From NCBI GenBank assembly GCA_041742375.1, contig JBGSIU010000036.1, forward strand, positions 1-61,227: 61,227 nucleotides of DNA, read 5' to 3'. Position numbers and translations under genes: made by a program. Source of the DNA: Patescibacteria group bacterium (GTDB lineage: Bacteria; Patescibacteriota; Microgenomatia; JBGSIU01). The notes under the pieces are model-generated. The model searched no databases. It was not told the DNA's origin and saw nothing but the letters and a program-made list of their open reading frames with translations. This document shows positions 8,568 through 17,410 of the stretch, in pieces; position 1 is the stretch's first letter, and the number at the start of each line of letters is the position of its first letter.

Positions 8568-8655
8568 GGCAACGCAGAAACACAGAATTAGGATTGAGAC
8601 ACAGAAGGGTTTTTTCTTTTCTGCGCCTCCGATTATTCTGCGTCTCTGTGTTGCC
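8568..8655. repeat. imperfect ~38-nt inverted repeat built from CACAGA/GCAGAA-like units
   Basis: ggcaacgcagaaacacagaattaggattgagacacagaa pairs with ttctgcgcctccgattattctgcgtctctgtgttgcc across a T-rich loop. It lies between the secA stop and the GxxExxY gene. Confidence 0.65.
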
Positions 8656-8784
8656 AAGAAAAGTATTCAAAGTTATACCGACAACTCGAGTTCTAATCAA
8701 TTAACCCAGCAGATCATTGGAATTGCCATCAATATTCACAAACAACTTGGTCCCGGTTTAGCCGAAAAAATTTACCAGAGAATC

Positions 8785-9051
8785 ATGTATTTGGAACTAA
8801 AAAGAACCAAGCTAAAAATTGATCGCGAGTATAAAATAACCGTCAGGTGGAATAAGTGTATTGTCGGCTACCATATTGTCGACTTCTTGATAAACGATGA
8901 ATTAATACTTGAATTAAAAGCGACCGGCGAAACTCAAGATTTGCATAAATATCAATTGTTGTCCTATTTGAAAGCGGCGGATATTCAATTAGGATTACTC
9001 CTTAATTTTGGTACGCCGGTATTAGGAATTAAAAGAGTAGTTAACAATTAA
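8785..9051 (+). CDS. GxxExxY-family protein (PD-(D/E)XK-like); family-like N-terminus continues upstream of the first ATG
   Basis: HIVDFLINDELILELKA and LLNFG resemble the GxxExxY family. The same frame is open back to 8551 and encodes LTQQIIGIAINIHKQLGPGLAEKIYQR, but has no ATG/GTG/TTG there. Confidence 0.6.
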   Translation: MYLELKRTKLKIDREYKITVRWNKCIVGYHIVDFLINDELILELKATGETQDLHKYQLLSYLKAADIQLGLLLNFGTPVLGIKRVVNN

Positions 9052-9057
9052 TAAAAT

Positions 9058-9600
9058 ATGATCATCAAAAAATTAATCCAAATCGATAACCCGTTACTAA
9101 AACAAAAAGTTCAAGCGGTGGAAAATTTTTGCACACCTGAGGTGACAAAAGTCATTAAAGACCTAATTGATTCAATGAGATTTCATGACTTGGTTGGCAT
9201 TGCCGCGCCGCAAATAGGCACACCGCTTAAAATGTTTATCACAGAAGTTCGAAAAACTAAGTTTCGAAACCCTCAAGAAGTTGATAAACTCCGAATTTTT
9301 ATTAATCCAAAAATCACTTGGGAATCCGAAGAGAAAAACGTAGTTTATGAGGGTTGTGGAAGTGTGAAAAAATCTCAAATTTTTGGTCTCGTGAAACGTC
9401 CAAAACAAGTTAAAATCAGAGCTCAAGATAAAAATGGTATTGAATTTTCTTTATCAGCCAGCGGACTTCTTGCTCGTGTCATTCAGCATGAAATTGATCA
9501 TTTAAATGGAATGGAATTTATCGACAAAGTTGCTGACAAAAAAGATTTAATAAGCAAAAAAGAATATCTCAAAAAAATAAAAGTACAAGTAAAAAAATAG
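9058..9600 (+). CDS. def: peptide deformylase
   Basis: All three PDF motifs are present: GIAAPQIG, EGCGS and HEIDHLNG. Confidence 0.9.
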   Translation: MIIKKLIQIDNPLLKQKVQAVENFCTPEVTKVIKDLIDSMRFHDLVGIAAPQIGTPLKMFITEVRKTKFRNPQEVDKLRIFINPKITWESEEKNVVYEGCGSVKKSQIFGLVKRPKQVKIRAQDKNGIEFSLSASGLLARVIQHEIDHLNGMEFIDKVADKKDLISKKEYLKKIKVQVKK

Positions 9601-9922
9601 AAATTGCGCAAAAGGCGAGGGAAAAAGTTTGATACAAAATATAAATTGCGTTGTTATCTAAATTAGTTAAACCGAAATCACGCGGCCGATATGTTTTTTC
9701 TCCGAATTGCTGAAGAAGCCAATAAATCATTTCCCCAAAATTTCGGATTGCCGCATAAATTAAAAATAAAATTAGAGCCAGTTTCCATGAAAAAAATGCC
9801 ATTATTAAGATGATAAGCAAAAAGGGAAAAAGGATAATCATATCGCCGCGGACATAAATAAAGATGAACCTCAGGAAAAAAGGAACTTCTTTAAAAAACC
9901 AATCTTTATTAATTTTTTTCAT
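9569..9922 (-). CDS. small hypothetical membrane protein
   Basis: 117 aa with 3-4 hydrophobic helices. Its ATG overlaps the stop of the upstream PRTase gene by 4 nt. No recognisable family. Confidence 0.45.
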   Translation of the reverse strand: MKKINKDWFFKEVPFFLRFIFIYVRGDMIILFPFLLIILIMAFFSWKLALILFLIYAAIRNFGEMIYWLLQQFGEKTYRPRDFGLTNLDNNAIYILYQTFSLAFCAISIFLLVLLFF

Positions 9923-10542
9923 ATTTCCTTTAAAATTTCAATGACTTGGTTGTCTTCCACCTGCGGAAAACTTGAATAATAAGCTCCCACCGAGCCAAGA
10001 TATTTAGGGTCAATATTTAAGCAGACAAATTCATCAACTTGTTTTTTGATATTTTCGGCTGAGTCAGCGGGGCAAACGGGAATTGCAACGATAAGTTTTT
10101 TCGGCGCATATCTCTTTAATTCGGCGATGGCAGACAACATCGTTAGTCCAGTTGCAATGCCGTCATCGATAAGAATGGCAATTTTATCTTTAGGAGACAA
10201 AAAATCATGAACGGAGTATTTTTTTCTTCGTCTTTTTGCTTCCGCAATTTGGCGTGTGACTTCTTCTTTAAACCAAAGCTTGTCAACTTGCGAAACTTCA
10301 TTTTCATTAGCAACTAACTCGCCATTTTCAGAAACGGCGGCAATTGCGTATTCCGGATTGGACGGATGGCCAATTTTACGCGTCACAATTAGATCAAGCG
10401 GTATTTTTAAATTCTCCGCCACTTCTTTTCCCGTCACTACCCCACCGCGGGGGAGAGCATAGACTATTGCATTTTCTCCTTGATGTTTTTTTAAACATTC
10501 GGCAATTTTTTTACCGGCTTCGCGGCGATCTTGAAAATACAT
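9919..10542 (-). CDS. phosphoribosyltransferase-family protein
   Basis: The PRPP-binding loop ILIDDGIATGLTM is present, and at 207 aa the size is typical of stand-alone putative PRTases. Confidence 0.75.
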   Translation of the reverse strand: MYFQDRREAGKKIAECLKKHQGENAIVYALPRGGVVTGKEVAENLKIPLDLIVTRKIGHPSNPEYAIAAVSENGELVANENEVSQVDKLWFKEEVTRQIAEAKRRRKKYSVHDFLSPKDKIAILIDDGIATGLTMLSAIAELKRYAPKKLIVAIPVCPADSAENIKKQVDEFVCLNIDPKYLGSVGAYYSSFPQVEDNQVIEILKEI

Positions 10543-10591
10543 ATTCTATAAAACTAATTATACTAATTAATTTTTTTTATATAGTTCGATC

Positions 10592-11842
10592 TTGACTTTG
10601 GGTTTTATTTGGGGTTTAATTAAATATACTATGTTTGGATTTAATTCGGTTTCTCCCACGGTTATGCATCTTGATATTAATTCTTGCTTTGCCAGCGTAG
10701 AGCAACTATATAATCCCGCCATCCGCGGCAAGCCAGTGGTTGTCGCCGCCTATAAAACTGATCGCGGTTGCATTTTAGCGGCATCGGCTGAAGCCAAAAA
10801 ATTGGGAGTGAAAACCGGCATGCGGGTTTTCGAAGGACGGAAATTTTGTCCGCAGTTAATCGTTCTTGAAACTGATCCGCCGAAATATCGCGAGGTTCAC
10901 AAGAAATTAAAAAATATTCTGAAAACCTACACGGAAAATCCGGTTGCCAAATCAATTGACGAGTTTGCTTTGGATCTAAACGGTTATCCGGCATTTCGTG
11001 CTGGCATGGTCAAAACCGCGCGTGAGATAAAAGCACGAATTAGAAAAGAAATTGGGGAATGTTTAACTGTTTCGATTGGCATTTCCACCAATCGCTATTT
11101 GGCAAAAGTTGCCTCGGATTTACAAAAACCAGACGGACTAGTCGAAATTAATAAAAATAATCATCAAGAAATTTTTCAAAAAATGAAGTTAATGGATTTA
11201 TGCGGGATTAAAAAAAGAAATGCAATAAGATTGCATAGCGTTGGTATTAAAAACATAGTTGACATGTATTGCTCGCCGATTTCCCGATTAAAGGCAGCGT
11301 TTAATGGGATCTGCGGCTATTATTGGTTTTTGCGGCTTCATGGTTTTGAAATTGACAGCATAAAATCAGAGCAAAAAAGTTTTGGCGCACAATATGTTCT
11401 GCCGCGCGCAACAAGCGACAAAAAAATTATCTTGCCGATCTTGCAAAAGCTCACAGAAAAAATGGGGAAAAGGTTAAGAGAGGCAGGAAAACAGGCAAAA
11501 GGCGTGCATCTCGCGGTTTTTTATGCTGACCATTCTTTTTTCCACCATGGTGAGAATTTCAGTAGCTACGTTTTTAATTCTCGTGATTTATACACGCGGG
11601 CAAAAGAAATATTTAAAAAAATAAGCATAGATTCCGGCGTGCGGGAAATCGCCGTCTCTTGTTTCAATGTGATAAAAAATGATATCTTGCAGGGTGAACT
11701 TTTTGAAAATGCGGCAAGAAAAAGTAAATTAACCGAGGCGCTGGATAAAATTAATGAAAAATTTGGCGATTATTACATTTCGCCGGCATCTTTATTTTTG
11801 GCGCCTGATGCCGTTCCCGACAGAATTGCTTTTGGAAAGTAG
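10592..11842 (+). CDS. dinB: DNA polymerase IV (Y-family)
   Basis: MHLDINSCFASVEQ, SIDEFALD and SIGISTNRYLAKVASD are present. The true start is probably ATG 10631 or 10664 rather than TTG 10592. Confidence 0.88.
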   Translation: MTLGFIWGLIKYTMFGFNSVSPTVMHLDINSCFASVEQLYNPAIRGKPVVVAAYKTDRGCILAASAEAKKLGVKTGMRVFEGRKFCPQLIVLETDPPKYREVHKKLKNILKTYTENPVAKSIDEFALDLNGYPAFRAGMVKTAREIKARIRKEIGECLTVSIGISTNRYLAKVASDLQKPDGLVEINKNNHQEIFQKMKLMDLCGIKKRNAIRLHSVGIKNIVDMYCSPISRLKAAFNGICGYYWFLRLHGFEIDSIKSEQKSFGAQYVLPRATSDKKIILPILQKLTEKMGKRLREAGKQAKGVHLAVFYADHSFFHHGENFSSYVFNSRDLYTRAKEIFKKISIDSGVREIAVSCFNVIKNDILQGELFENAARKSKLTEALDKINEKFGDYYISPASLFLAPDAVPDRIAFGK

Positions 11843-11859
11843 CAATTTTTTATATTTTT

Positions 11860-13068
11860 ATGAATAATATTCCTCTTGCTGAACAAATGAGGCCGAAAAA
11901 TTTTGATGAATTTATAGGCCAAGAACATTTAATTGGTAAAAACAAACCATTACGGCGGTTGATTGAAAGCGGACGGATTACTTCGTTTGTTTTGTGGGGA
12001 CCGCCTGGTTGTGGAAAAACATCTCTGGCGCGGCTTGCCGCAAGCTATATAAACGCCTATTTCGAACCTTTTTCAGCTGTTTCATCCGGAGTTGCCAATG
12101 TGCGAGAAGTTGTGGCGCGGGCAAAGGAAAGAATTGTAAAAGAGAATAAAGAGACGATTTTATTTATCGACGAAATTCACCGTTTTTCCAAGGCTCAACA
12201 AGATGCTTTTCTTCCTCACGTGGAAAACGGCACAATTGTCTTAATCGGTGCTACCACAGAAAATCCGTCGTTTGAAGTGATTTGGCCGCTCCTCTCGCGT
12301 ATGCAAATTTATGTGCTTTATCCGCTAAGCGATAAAGAAACAGAAATCCTCATTGACAGAATTTTAAAAACGAATAAAAAAATTGTATTGGAAAAAGATG
12401 CGCGTGATTTTTTAATTGAATATGCCGCGGGTGATGCAAGAAAAGCAATCAATGCAATAGAAATGTCAGTGGAGCTAAATACGCGAATAACAACGTTTCT
12501 TCTTGAAGAAGTTTTACAAAAAAAATATATTGGTTATGACAAAAAAGGAGAAAATCATTACGACACAATTTCCGCCTTCATTAAGTCACTGCGTGGCGGC
12601 GAACCAGATGCGGTTTTGCACTACTTGGCCCGCATGATAAAGGTGGGAGAGGATCCGATTTTCATTGCGCGCCGAATGGTGATTTTTGCCTCTGAAGATA
12701 TTGGTAATGCTCAACCGACGGCGCTTGTCGTGGCAACAAGCTGTATGCAGGCTGTACACATGGTTGGCATGCCGGAATCATCTCTTATTCTTGCGCAAAC
12801 TGCCACATATCTTGCAACTGCGAAAAAATCAATTGCGGCGACTTGCGGAATTCAGCAAGCTTTAAAAGATTTGGAAACAATGAAAGTTGATCCGATTCCT
12901 CTTCATTTAAGGAATGCGAGAACTTCATTACTGAAAAAAATGGGTTATGGTAGAAATCATATCCGTTATCCGTGGCTTGTGGAAAAACAAACCGGCAAAA
13001 AGATTGTTCAAGAATATTTGCCAAAAAATTTAAAGGGCAAAAAATATTACACCCCGGATTGGAAATAG
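11860..13068 (+). CDS. rarA: replication-associated recombination protein A (AAA ATPase)
   Basis: LAEQMRPKNFDEFIGQEHL, Walker A GPPGCGKTS, Walker B LFIDEIHRF, and a MgsA C-terminal domain (HYDTISAFIKSLRG, DPIFIARRM). Confidence 0.9.
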   Translation: MNNIPLAEQMRPKNFDEFIGQEHLIGKNKPLRRLIESGRITSFVLWGPPGCGKTSLARLAASYINAYFEPFSAVSSGVANVREVVARAKERIVKENKETILFIDEIHRFSKAQQDAFLPHVENGTIVLIGATTENPSFEVIWPLLSRMQIYVLYPLSDKETEILIDRILKTNKKIVLEKDARDFLIEYAAGDARKAINAIEMSVELNTRITTFLLEEVLQKKYIGYDKKGENHYDTISAFIKSLRGGEPDAVLHYLARMIKVGEDPIFIARRMVIFASEDIGNAQPTALVVATSCMQAVHMVGMPESSLILAQTATYLATAKKSIAATCGIQQALKDLETMKVDPIPLHLRNARTSLLKKMGYGRNHIRYPWLVEKQTGKKIVQEYLPKNLKGKKYYTPDWK

Positions 13069-13160
13069 AAATTCCCTTATTTCCAAATTTTACTTTTTAT
13101 GATATTATAAGTAATAATTAATATTATTAATATAAATTTCTGCCCAAAAATTATAAAAAT

Positions 13161-13892
13161 ATGTCAAGAAAAAAAACTCGAAGCTCCAAAAGAAAATTAA
13201 ATAAGAAACAAAAAAATCTCCTTGTTAAAAAGCAAGAAAATGTCCAAGGGGAAATTTCTCAAACAGAAGAACAAGAACCTCAGGTGACCGAAATTCCAAC
13301 CGCTTCTCCACGTGTTTCTTCAAAGCTTTTTTATTTTGCCGCCGTTTTTATTCTGGTTGCCGTGGCGATTTATCTTGGAGTTCAAAAATATGGCAATCAA
13401 ATTATGGTGGCTAAGGTTAATGGCCAGCCAATTTTCAAATTGACTCTGTGGCAGAAACTGGAAAAAAGATTTGGGAGCCAAATGATTGACGAGATGGTAA
13501 ACGAGGCTCTAATCCGTCAGGAAGCGGCAAAGAAAAATATTATTGTTTCTCAAAAAGACATCGATAAAAGTGTTAAAGACCTTGAGGCACGATTCAAAGG
13601 TAAGGAAGGGCTTGATCAAATGCTAGGTATGCAGGGAATGACTCGCGACGATTTGATTAACCAAATAAATTTGCAGTTAACGATTGAAAAAATCATCGGG
13701 GGGCCGGTAAAAGTGTCGGACAAAGAGATAAATGATGAATATGAAAAAAATCAGGCAAATTATGGTGAAGAATTGACAGCTGCGGTGAAGACGCAAATTA
13801 AAGACCAATTAACTCAGCAAAAGACAAGTAAAGCTTTTTCCGATTGGTTTGCCAAAGTCAAAAAGAGCGCGAAGATAAATAAATACCTTTAA
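13161..13892 (+). CDS. membrane-anchored SurA-N-like chaperone domain protein
   Basis: Lys-rich N-terminus, one TM segment, then a SurA/PrsA-type helical chaperone region (VNGQPI...EALIRQEA). No parvulin PPIase core was recognised. Confidence 0.55.
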   Translation: MSRKKTRSSKRKLNKKQKNLLVKKQENVQGEISQTEEQEPQVTEIPTASPRVSSKLFYFAAVFILVAVAIYLGVQKYGNQIMVAKVNGQPIFKLTLWQKLEKRFGSQMIDEMVNEALIRQEAAKKNIIVSQKDIDKSVKDLEARFKGKEGLDQMLGMQGMTRDDLINQINLQLTIEKIIGGPVKVSDKEINDEYEKNQANYGEELTAAVKTQIKDQLTQQKTSKAFSDWFAKVKKSAKINKYL

Positions 13893-13893
13893 G

Positions 13894-15015
13894 TTACTTC
13901 GCATACTTTCCGAGCTTTGAAAGAAGAACGGCGCCGGAGCCAAGGATGACAATTAAAACCTTAGAGATAAGCCCGAGATAGGGAATGAGTGAGACAATTT
14001 GCAGAATCGTCAGCCCCAAAAGAAGCGGCAAAAATTTGCTTTCCCCATCACTTAAAATCCGGCTGCCGATCAAAAGACCCACCACCACGCGGCTCACAAA
14101 AATCAAAAGAACAAGTAAAAATATAAATAAAAACGCGAGAGGAATGCCGATAATTGTTAAACCTAAAATTATTAACCCAAAAGGGATAAGGCAGTAAAAA
14201 ACTAGGCCAAAAATGAAAGACGCCAATGGTTTTTCTGCCAAGAATTTATTAATATTGCTGAATTGTTTTGGAAAAACAAAAACTAAAAGAAAACCAATGA
14301 TCAACGAGCACAGGTAATTTATCCACGAAATAAGAGATACTAATTTCAATCCAAGCTGTTTAAGATTCGTTGTTGGCAGATGCCCATTTCTTTTAACGAA
14401 AACCACATTTCCTTTAACTTGAGGTTTTAATGATGCGATCTGATTTACTGCTTGATATTCTAAATTTCCGCCAACTAAAAAATTATTACCAAAAGATATA
14501 TTATTCGAGATAAGTTTCGCATTTTGACCAGTTTTACCGTTGAAAAAAATGTTTGCAGCCGTGATTCGTGCTTCTCCATCGATTTTTCCCAGAATATTGG
14601 TGTTTCTTGAAAATTCAACAAGGTTTCCTTGGATTACAGCGTTTTTTTCAACCTCAGTTTGTCCGCCAAAAATTAAAGCATTCTTGCCAATATGCCCGGA
14701 TATAGAAACCGTTCCGCCGGCAAGTCTCACATTATCAGAAACATTGCCGTTAAACGTGACAGTGACACCTGTGGCGATGAGATCACCGTTAATATTGCCA
14801 TTAACAATAATGTTTTCCCCAATAAGATATGCTTCGCCATTCACCGTGCCGTCAATAGTGATTGTTCCTCCAGTTTTAAAATATAAATTATTGACAATTT
14901 CATTCTCTGGAAGATAAACCGTCTTCTGTTCTTTCGCATAAGCGAATCTAGTCGTAAAAAAGAAAAGAAATAAGGTTATAATAAGAAAAAGAAAACGCTT
15001 CATAAGTTTTGACAC
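13894..15015 (-). CDS. exported beta-helix repeat protein (bactofilin/DUF583-like repeats) with C-terminal polytopic membrane domain
   Basis: Signal peptide ending in AYA, repetitive G-x-I/V-x-G-N/D strands (VNGNINGDLIATGVTVTFNGNVSDNVRLAGGTVSISG), then about 5 TM helices. Confidence 0.5.
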   Translation of the reverse strand: MSKLMKRFLFLIITLFLFFFTTRFAYAKEQKTVYLPENEIVNNLYFKTGGTITIDGTVNGEAYLIGENIIVNGNINGDLIATGVTVTFNGNVSDNVRLAGGTVSISGHIGKNALIFGGQTEVEKNAVIQGNLVEFSRNTNILGKIDGEARITAANIFFNGKTGQNAKLISNNISFGNNFLVGGNLEYQAVNQIASLKPQVKGNVVFVKRNGHLPTTNLKQLGLKLVSLISWINYLCSLIIGFLLVFVFPKQFSNINKFLAEKPLASFIFGLVFYCLIPFGLIILGLTIIGIPLAFLFIFLLVLLIFVSRVVVGLLIGSRILSDGESKFLPLLLGLTILQIVSLIPYLGLISKVLIVILGSGAVLLSKLGKYAK

Positions 15016-15058
15016 TTAGATTATAAACGATTTTTATTAAAATCATGAGAAGAAAAGT

Positions 15059-16060
15059 ATGGAAGATTTAAAACAAAAGATTGACGCTCTTAAAGAAAAA
15101 ATAAACCTTGAAAAAATAAATAAGGAAATCTTCGCAATCCAAAAAGAATCTGAAGCATCAAATTTTTGGACCGATTATCAGATTGCTTCAAAAAAAATGA
15201 AACGGGTTGCCGATTTGCAAAAGTTAATTGAAAAAATTGAATATCTTGATCTTTTAGCTTCAGAAAATCAACCTCAAGAGTTTGAAAAAGAATATAAAGC
15301 AATTGAAATACAAATTTTTTTAAGCGGACCATATGACGGTTACGATTGTCTTTTTGGTATCCACGCCGGACAAGGGGGAACCGAAGCATGTGATTGGGCA
15401 GAAATGTTATATCGGATGTACACGCGTTATTTTGAAAAGAAAGGTTTTAAATATGAAATAATTGATGAAAGCCGCGGGGATGAAGCCGGGATAAAGTCTA
15501 TCGTGATGATTGTTCGAGGAGAAAATGCATTTGGCATGTTAAAGCATGAAGCCGGAGCTCATCGTTTAGTTCGCCAGTCACCATTTAATGCTGATAATCT
15601 TCGGCAGACTTCATTTGCCGGCGTTGAAGTAATGCCTCTTTTTGAAAACGCAAAAGAAACAGAAGTTAAAGAAGAAGAACTAGAATGGGATTTTTATCGA
15701 AGCGGTGGAAAAGGCGGCCAGAATGTTAACAAAGTATCAACTGCCGTTCGCTTAACGCATAAACCAAGCGGTATTGTTGTCACTTGTCAAACTGAAAGAT
15801 TACAAAATCAAAACCGTGAGTACGCTTTAAAAATGTTAAAAGCAAAATTGTGGCTGTTGTCGCAGGAAAAAAAGACAAATTTAGAAAAAGGGATAAAAGG
15901 AGAACATAAGATTGCCGGTTGGAGCAACCAGATCAGGAATTATGTCCTTCACCCGTATCATCTAGTGAAAGATTTACGAACAGGAGTTGAGACCTCAAAA
16001 ACGGAAGAGGTTTTAAATGGTGAAATCGATGACTTTATTGAAAAAGAGATTAGAATATAA
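15059..16060 (+). CDS. prfB: peptide chain release factor 2, encoded in a single frame
   Basis: The SPF tripeptide (RQSPFNA) and the GGQ motif (SGGKGGQNVNKVSTAVR) are present. No internal in-frame stop or frameshift site. Confidence 0.9.
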   Translation: MEDLKQKIDALKEKINLEKINKEIFAIQKESEASNFWTDYQIASKKMKRVADLQKLIEKIEYLDLLASENQPQEFEKEYKAIEIQIFLSGPYDGYDCLFGIHAGQGGTEACDWAEMLYRMYTRYFEKKGFKYEIIDESRGDEAGIKSIVMIVRGENAFGMLKHEAGAHRLVRQSPFNADNLRQTSFAGVEVMPLFENAKETEVKEEELEWDFYRSGGKGGQNVNKVSTAVRLTHKPSGIVVTCQTERLQNQNREYALKMLKAKLWLLSQEKKTNLEKGIKGEHKIAGWSNQIRNYVLHPYHLVKDLRTGVETSKTEEVLNGEIDDFIEKEIRI

Positions 16061-16075
16061 TAAAATAAAGAATAA

Positions 16076-16163
16076 CGATTGTTCCATTGTTCGATTGTTC
16101 CATTGCAAAAATTTTTATTTTTTTTAGCAATTGAGCAATTGAACAATTGAGTAATGAAACAAT
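16076..16163. repeat. AT-rich long hairpin with (ATTGTTC)/(CAATTGA)-type repeat arms
   Basis: Arms 16078..16106 and 16127..16155 give 29 paired positions: 23 Watson-Crick, 4 G-U and 2 mismatches, checked by hand. The loop is A/T only. The right arm ends at the ATG of 16164. Confidence 0.85.
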
Positions 16164-16592
16164 ATGGATAACGATCAAGTTATTAAACCGATGGAAGAAC
16201 CAAAACTAAGATCAGGGAATAAGAGTGGAATCTTGTTGATAGTTATTTTTTTTGCTGTGGTTTTTGGCGTGGCGAGCGGTTTTGGAATCGTAAAATTTAA
16301 AGGAGGTAATGGCATGGTTGGCGAAAAAATTAAAACTTCAAAAGAAGTTGGGATTAAAGACGAAAAGACATTTTCCGATTCGGCGGAAGGTAAACTGGTC
16401 AAAGGTGGAATTGAAGGGGAGGGAACACATCACTTGGAACGCGCCGGGGGCCCGAGCCAAAATGTTTATTTAAACTCATCAGTTGTTGATCTCAATCAAT
16501 TTGTTGGAAAAAAAGTTAAAGTGTATGGTCAAACAAACGCAGCAAAAACCGCCGGATGGCTGATGGATGTCGGACGGGTGGAAATAAAATAA
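16164..16592 (+). CDS. hypothetical membrane-anchored protein
   Basis: 142 aa with one N-terminal TM segment and a small extracytoplasmic domain. The ATG directly abuts the right arm of the upstream hairpin. Confidence 0.45.
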   Translation: MDNDQVIKPMEEPKLRSGNKSGILLIVIFFAVVFGVASGFGIVKFKGGNGMVGEKIKTSKEVGIKDEKTFSDSAEGKLVKGGIEGEGTHHLERAGGPSQNVYLNSSVVDLNQFVGKKVKVYGQTNAAKTAGWLMDVGRVEIK

Positions 16593-16620
16593 TTTAAAAT
16601 TTAAAATTTGAAATTAATTT
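16591..16620. repeat. AAATTTGA/AATTTAAA tandem tract upstream of ftsE
   Basis: aatttaaaatttaaaatttgaaattaattt, the same motif as the left arm downstream of ftsE. Confidence 0.6.
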
Positions 16621-16631
16621 AGTTGCCTGCC

Positions 16632-17309
16632 ATGATCAAATTTGAAGACGTTATTAAAAAATTTGGAACAAATACGGCTCTTAGCGGAGTCAATTTTGAG
16701 ATACAAGATAAAGAATTTGTATTTTTAGTTGGCCGTTCCGGTTGCGGAAAAACGACACTTTTTAAACTCCTAAATCGCGAATATCTTCCAACATCAGGAA
16801 AAATTTTTTTCAATGAATTGAACATCCCAAAAATATCTTCAGGTAAATTATGGCAGCACCGCCGCAAACTTGGGATTATCTTTCAAGACATGAAGCTTTT
16901 ATATGACCGTACTGCGTTTGAAAATATTGCTCTTGCGCTTAATATAAGAGGAGAAAAACAAGAAAATGTTAAGAAAAAAGTCAAGGAGATTATGGAACTT
17001 GTGGGTTTGAAAGGAAAAGATAATTTTTTTCCGAAAGAACTTTCAGGCGGCGAAGTGCAACGTGTGACAATTGCACGGGCGATAATCGGCAACCCGGAAG
17101 TGATTTTGGCTGATGAGCCAACTGCTGATCTTGATCAATCAACCGGATGGGAGATTATCCAGCTTCTAAAAATGTTAAACGACGCCGGAAAAACAGTGGT
17201 TATTGCCACTCATAATTTTGATATCGTTAATTCGCTGAAAAAACGGGTGATTCTTTTGGAAAAAGGAGCTGTGATTAAAGATGAGATTGGAAGAAAGATT
17301 AAAATTTGA
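16632..17309 (+). CDS. ftsE: cell-division ABC ATPase FtsE
   Basis: MIKFEDVIKKFG start, Walker A GRSGCGKTT, signature LSGGEVQR, Walker B ILADEPT. The ORF track starts at TTG 16623. Confidence 0.9.
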   Translation: MIKFEDVIKKFGTNTALSGVNFEIQDKEFVFLVGRSGCGKTTLFKLLNREYLPTSGKIFFNELNIPKISSGKLWQHRRKLGIIFQDMKLLYDRTAFENIALALNIRGEKQENVKKKVKEIMELVGLKGKDNFFPKELSGGEVQRVTIARAIIGNPEVILADEPTADLDQSTGWEIIQLLKMLNDAGKTVVIATHNFDIVNSLKKRVILLEKGAVIKDEIGRKIKI

Positions 17310-17410
17310 AATTTAAAATTTGAAATTTAAAATAAAAATAGGAATTTTTAATAATTAAAATTATTATTTTCTTTTATTCATTTCAAATTTCGAATTTCAA
17401 ATTAAAAATT
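17301..17410. repeat. AT-rich long hairpin bridging the ftsE stop and the ftsX start
   Basis: The left arm aaaatttgaaatttaaaatttgaaatttaaaat contains the ftsE TGA (17307..17309). The right arm tttcaaatttcgaatttcaaattaaaaatt runs into the ftsX TTG (17409). About 21 of 25 aligned positions are complementary. Confidence 0.8.

Noticed and set aside
8414-8704. ORFs 8414..8704(+) and 8464..8700(-) across the secA 3' end and the inverted repeat.
   Set aside because: They overlap the well-supported secA C-terminus out of frame, and otherwise they only translate the CACAGA/GCAGAA repeat. There are no family features.
15045-15160. Programmed +1 frameshift in prfB (RF2).
   Set aside because: The 333-codon ORF is continuous from ATG 15059, with no in-frame stop and no CUU-UGA-type site. 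The short upstream ORF at 15045 (MRRKVWKI) does not resemble an RF2 N-terminus. RF2 genes without the frameshift are common.
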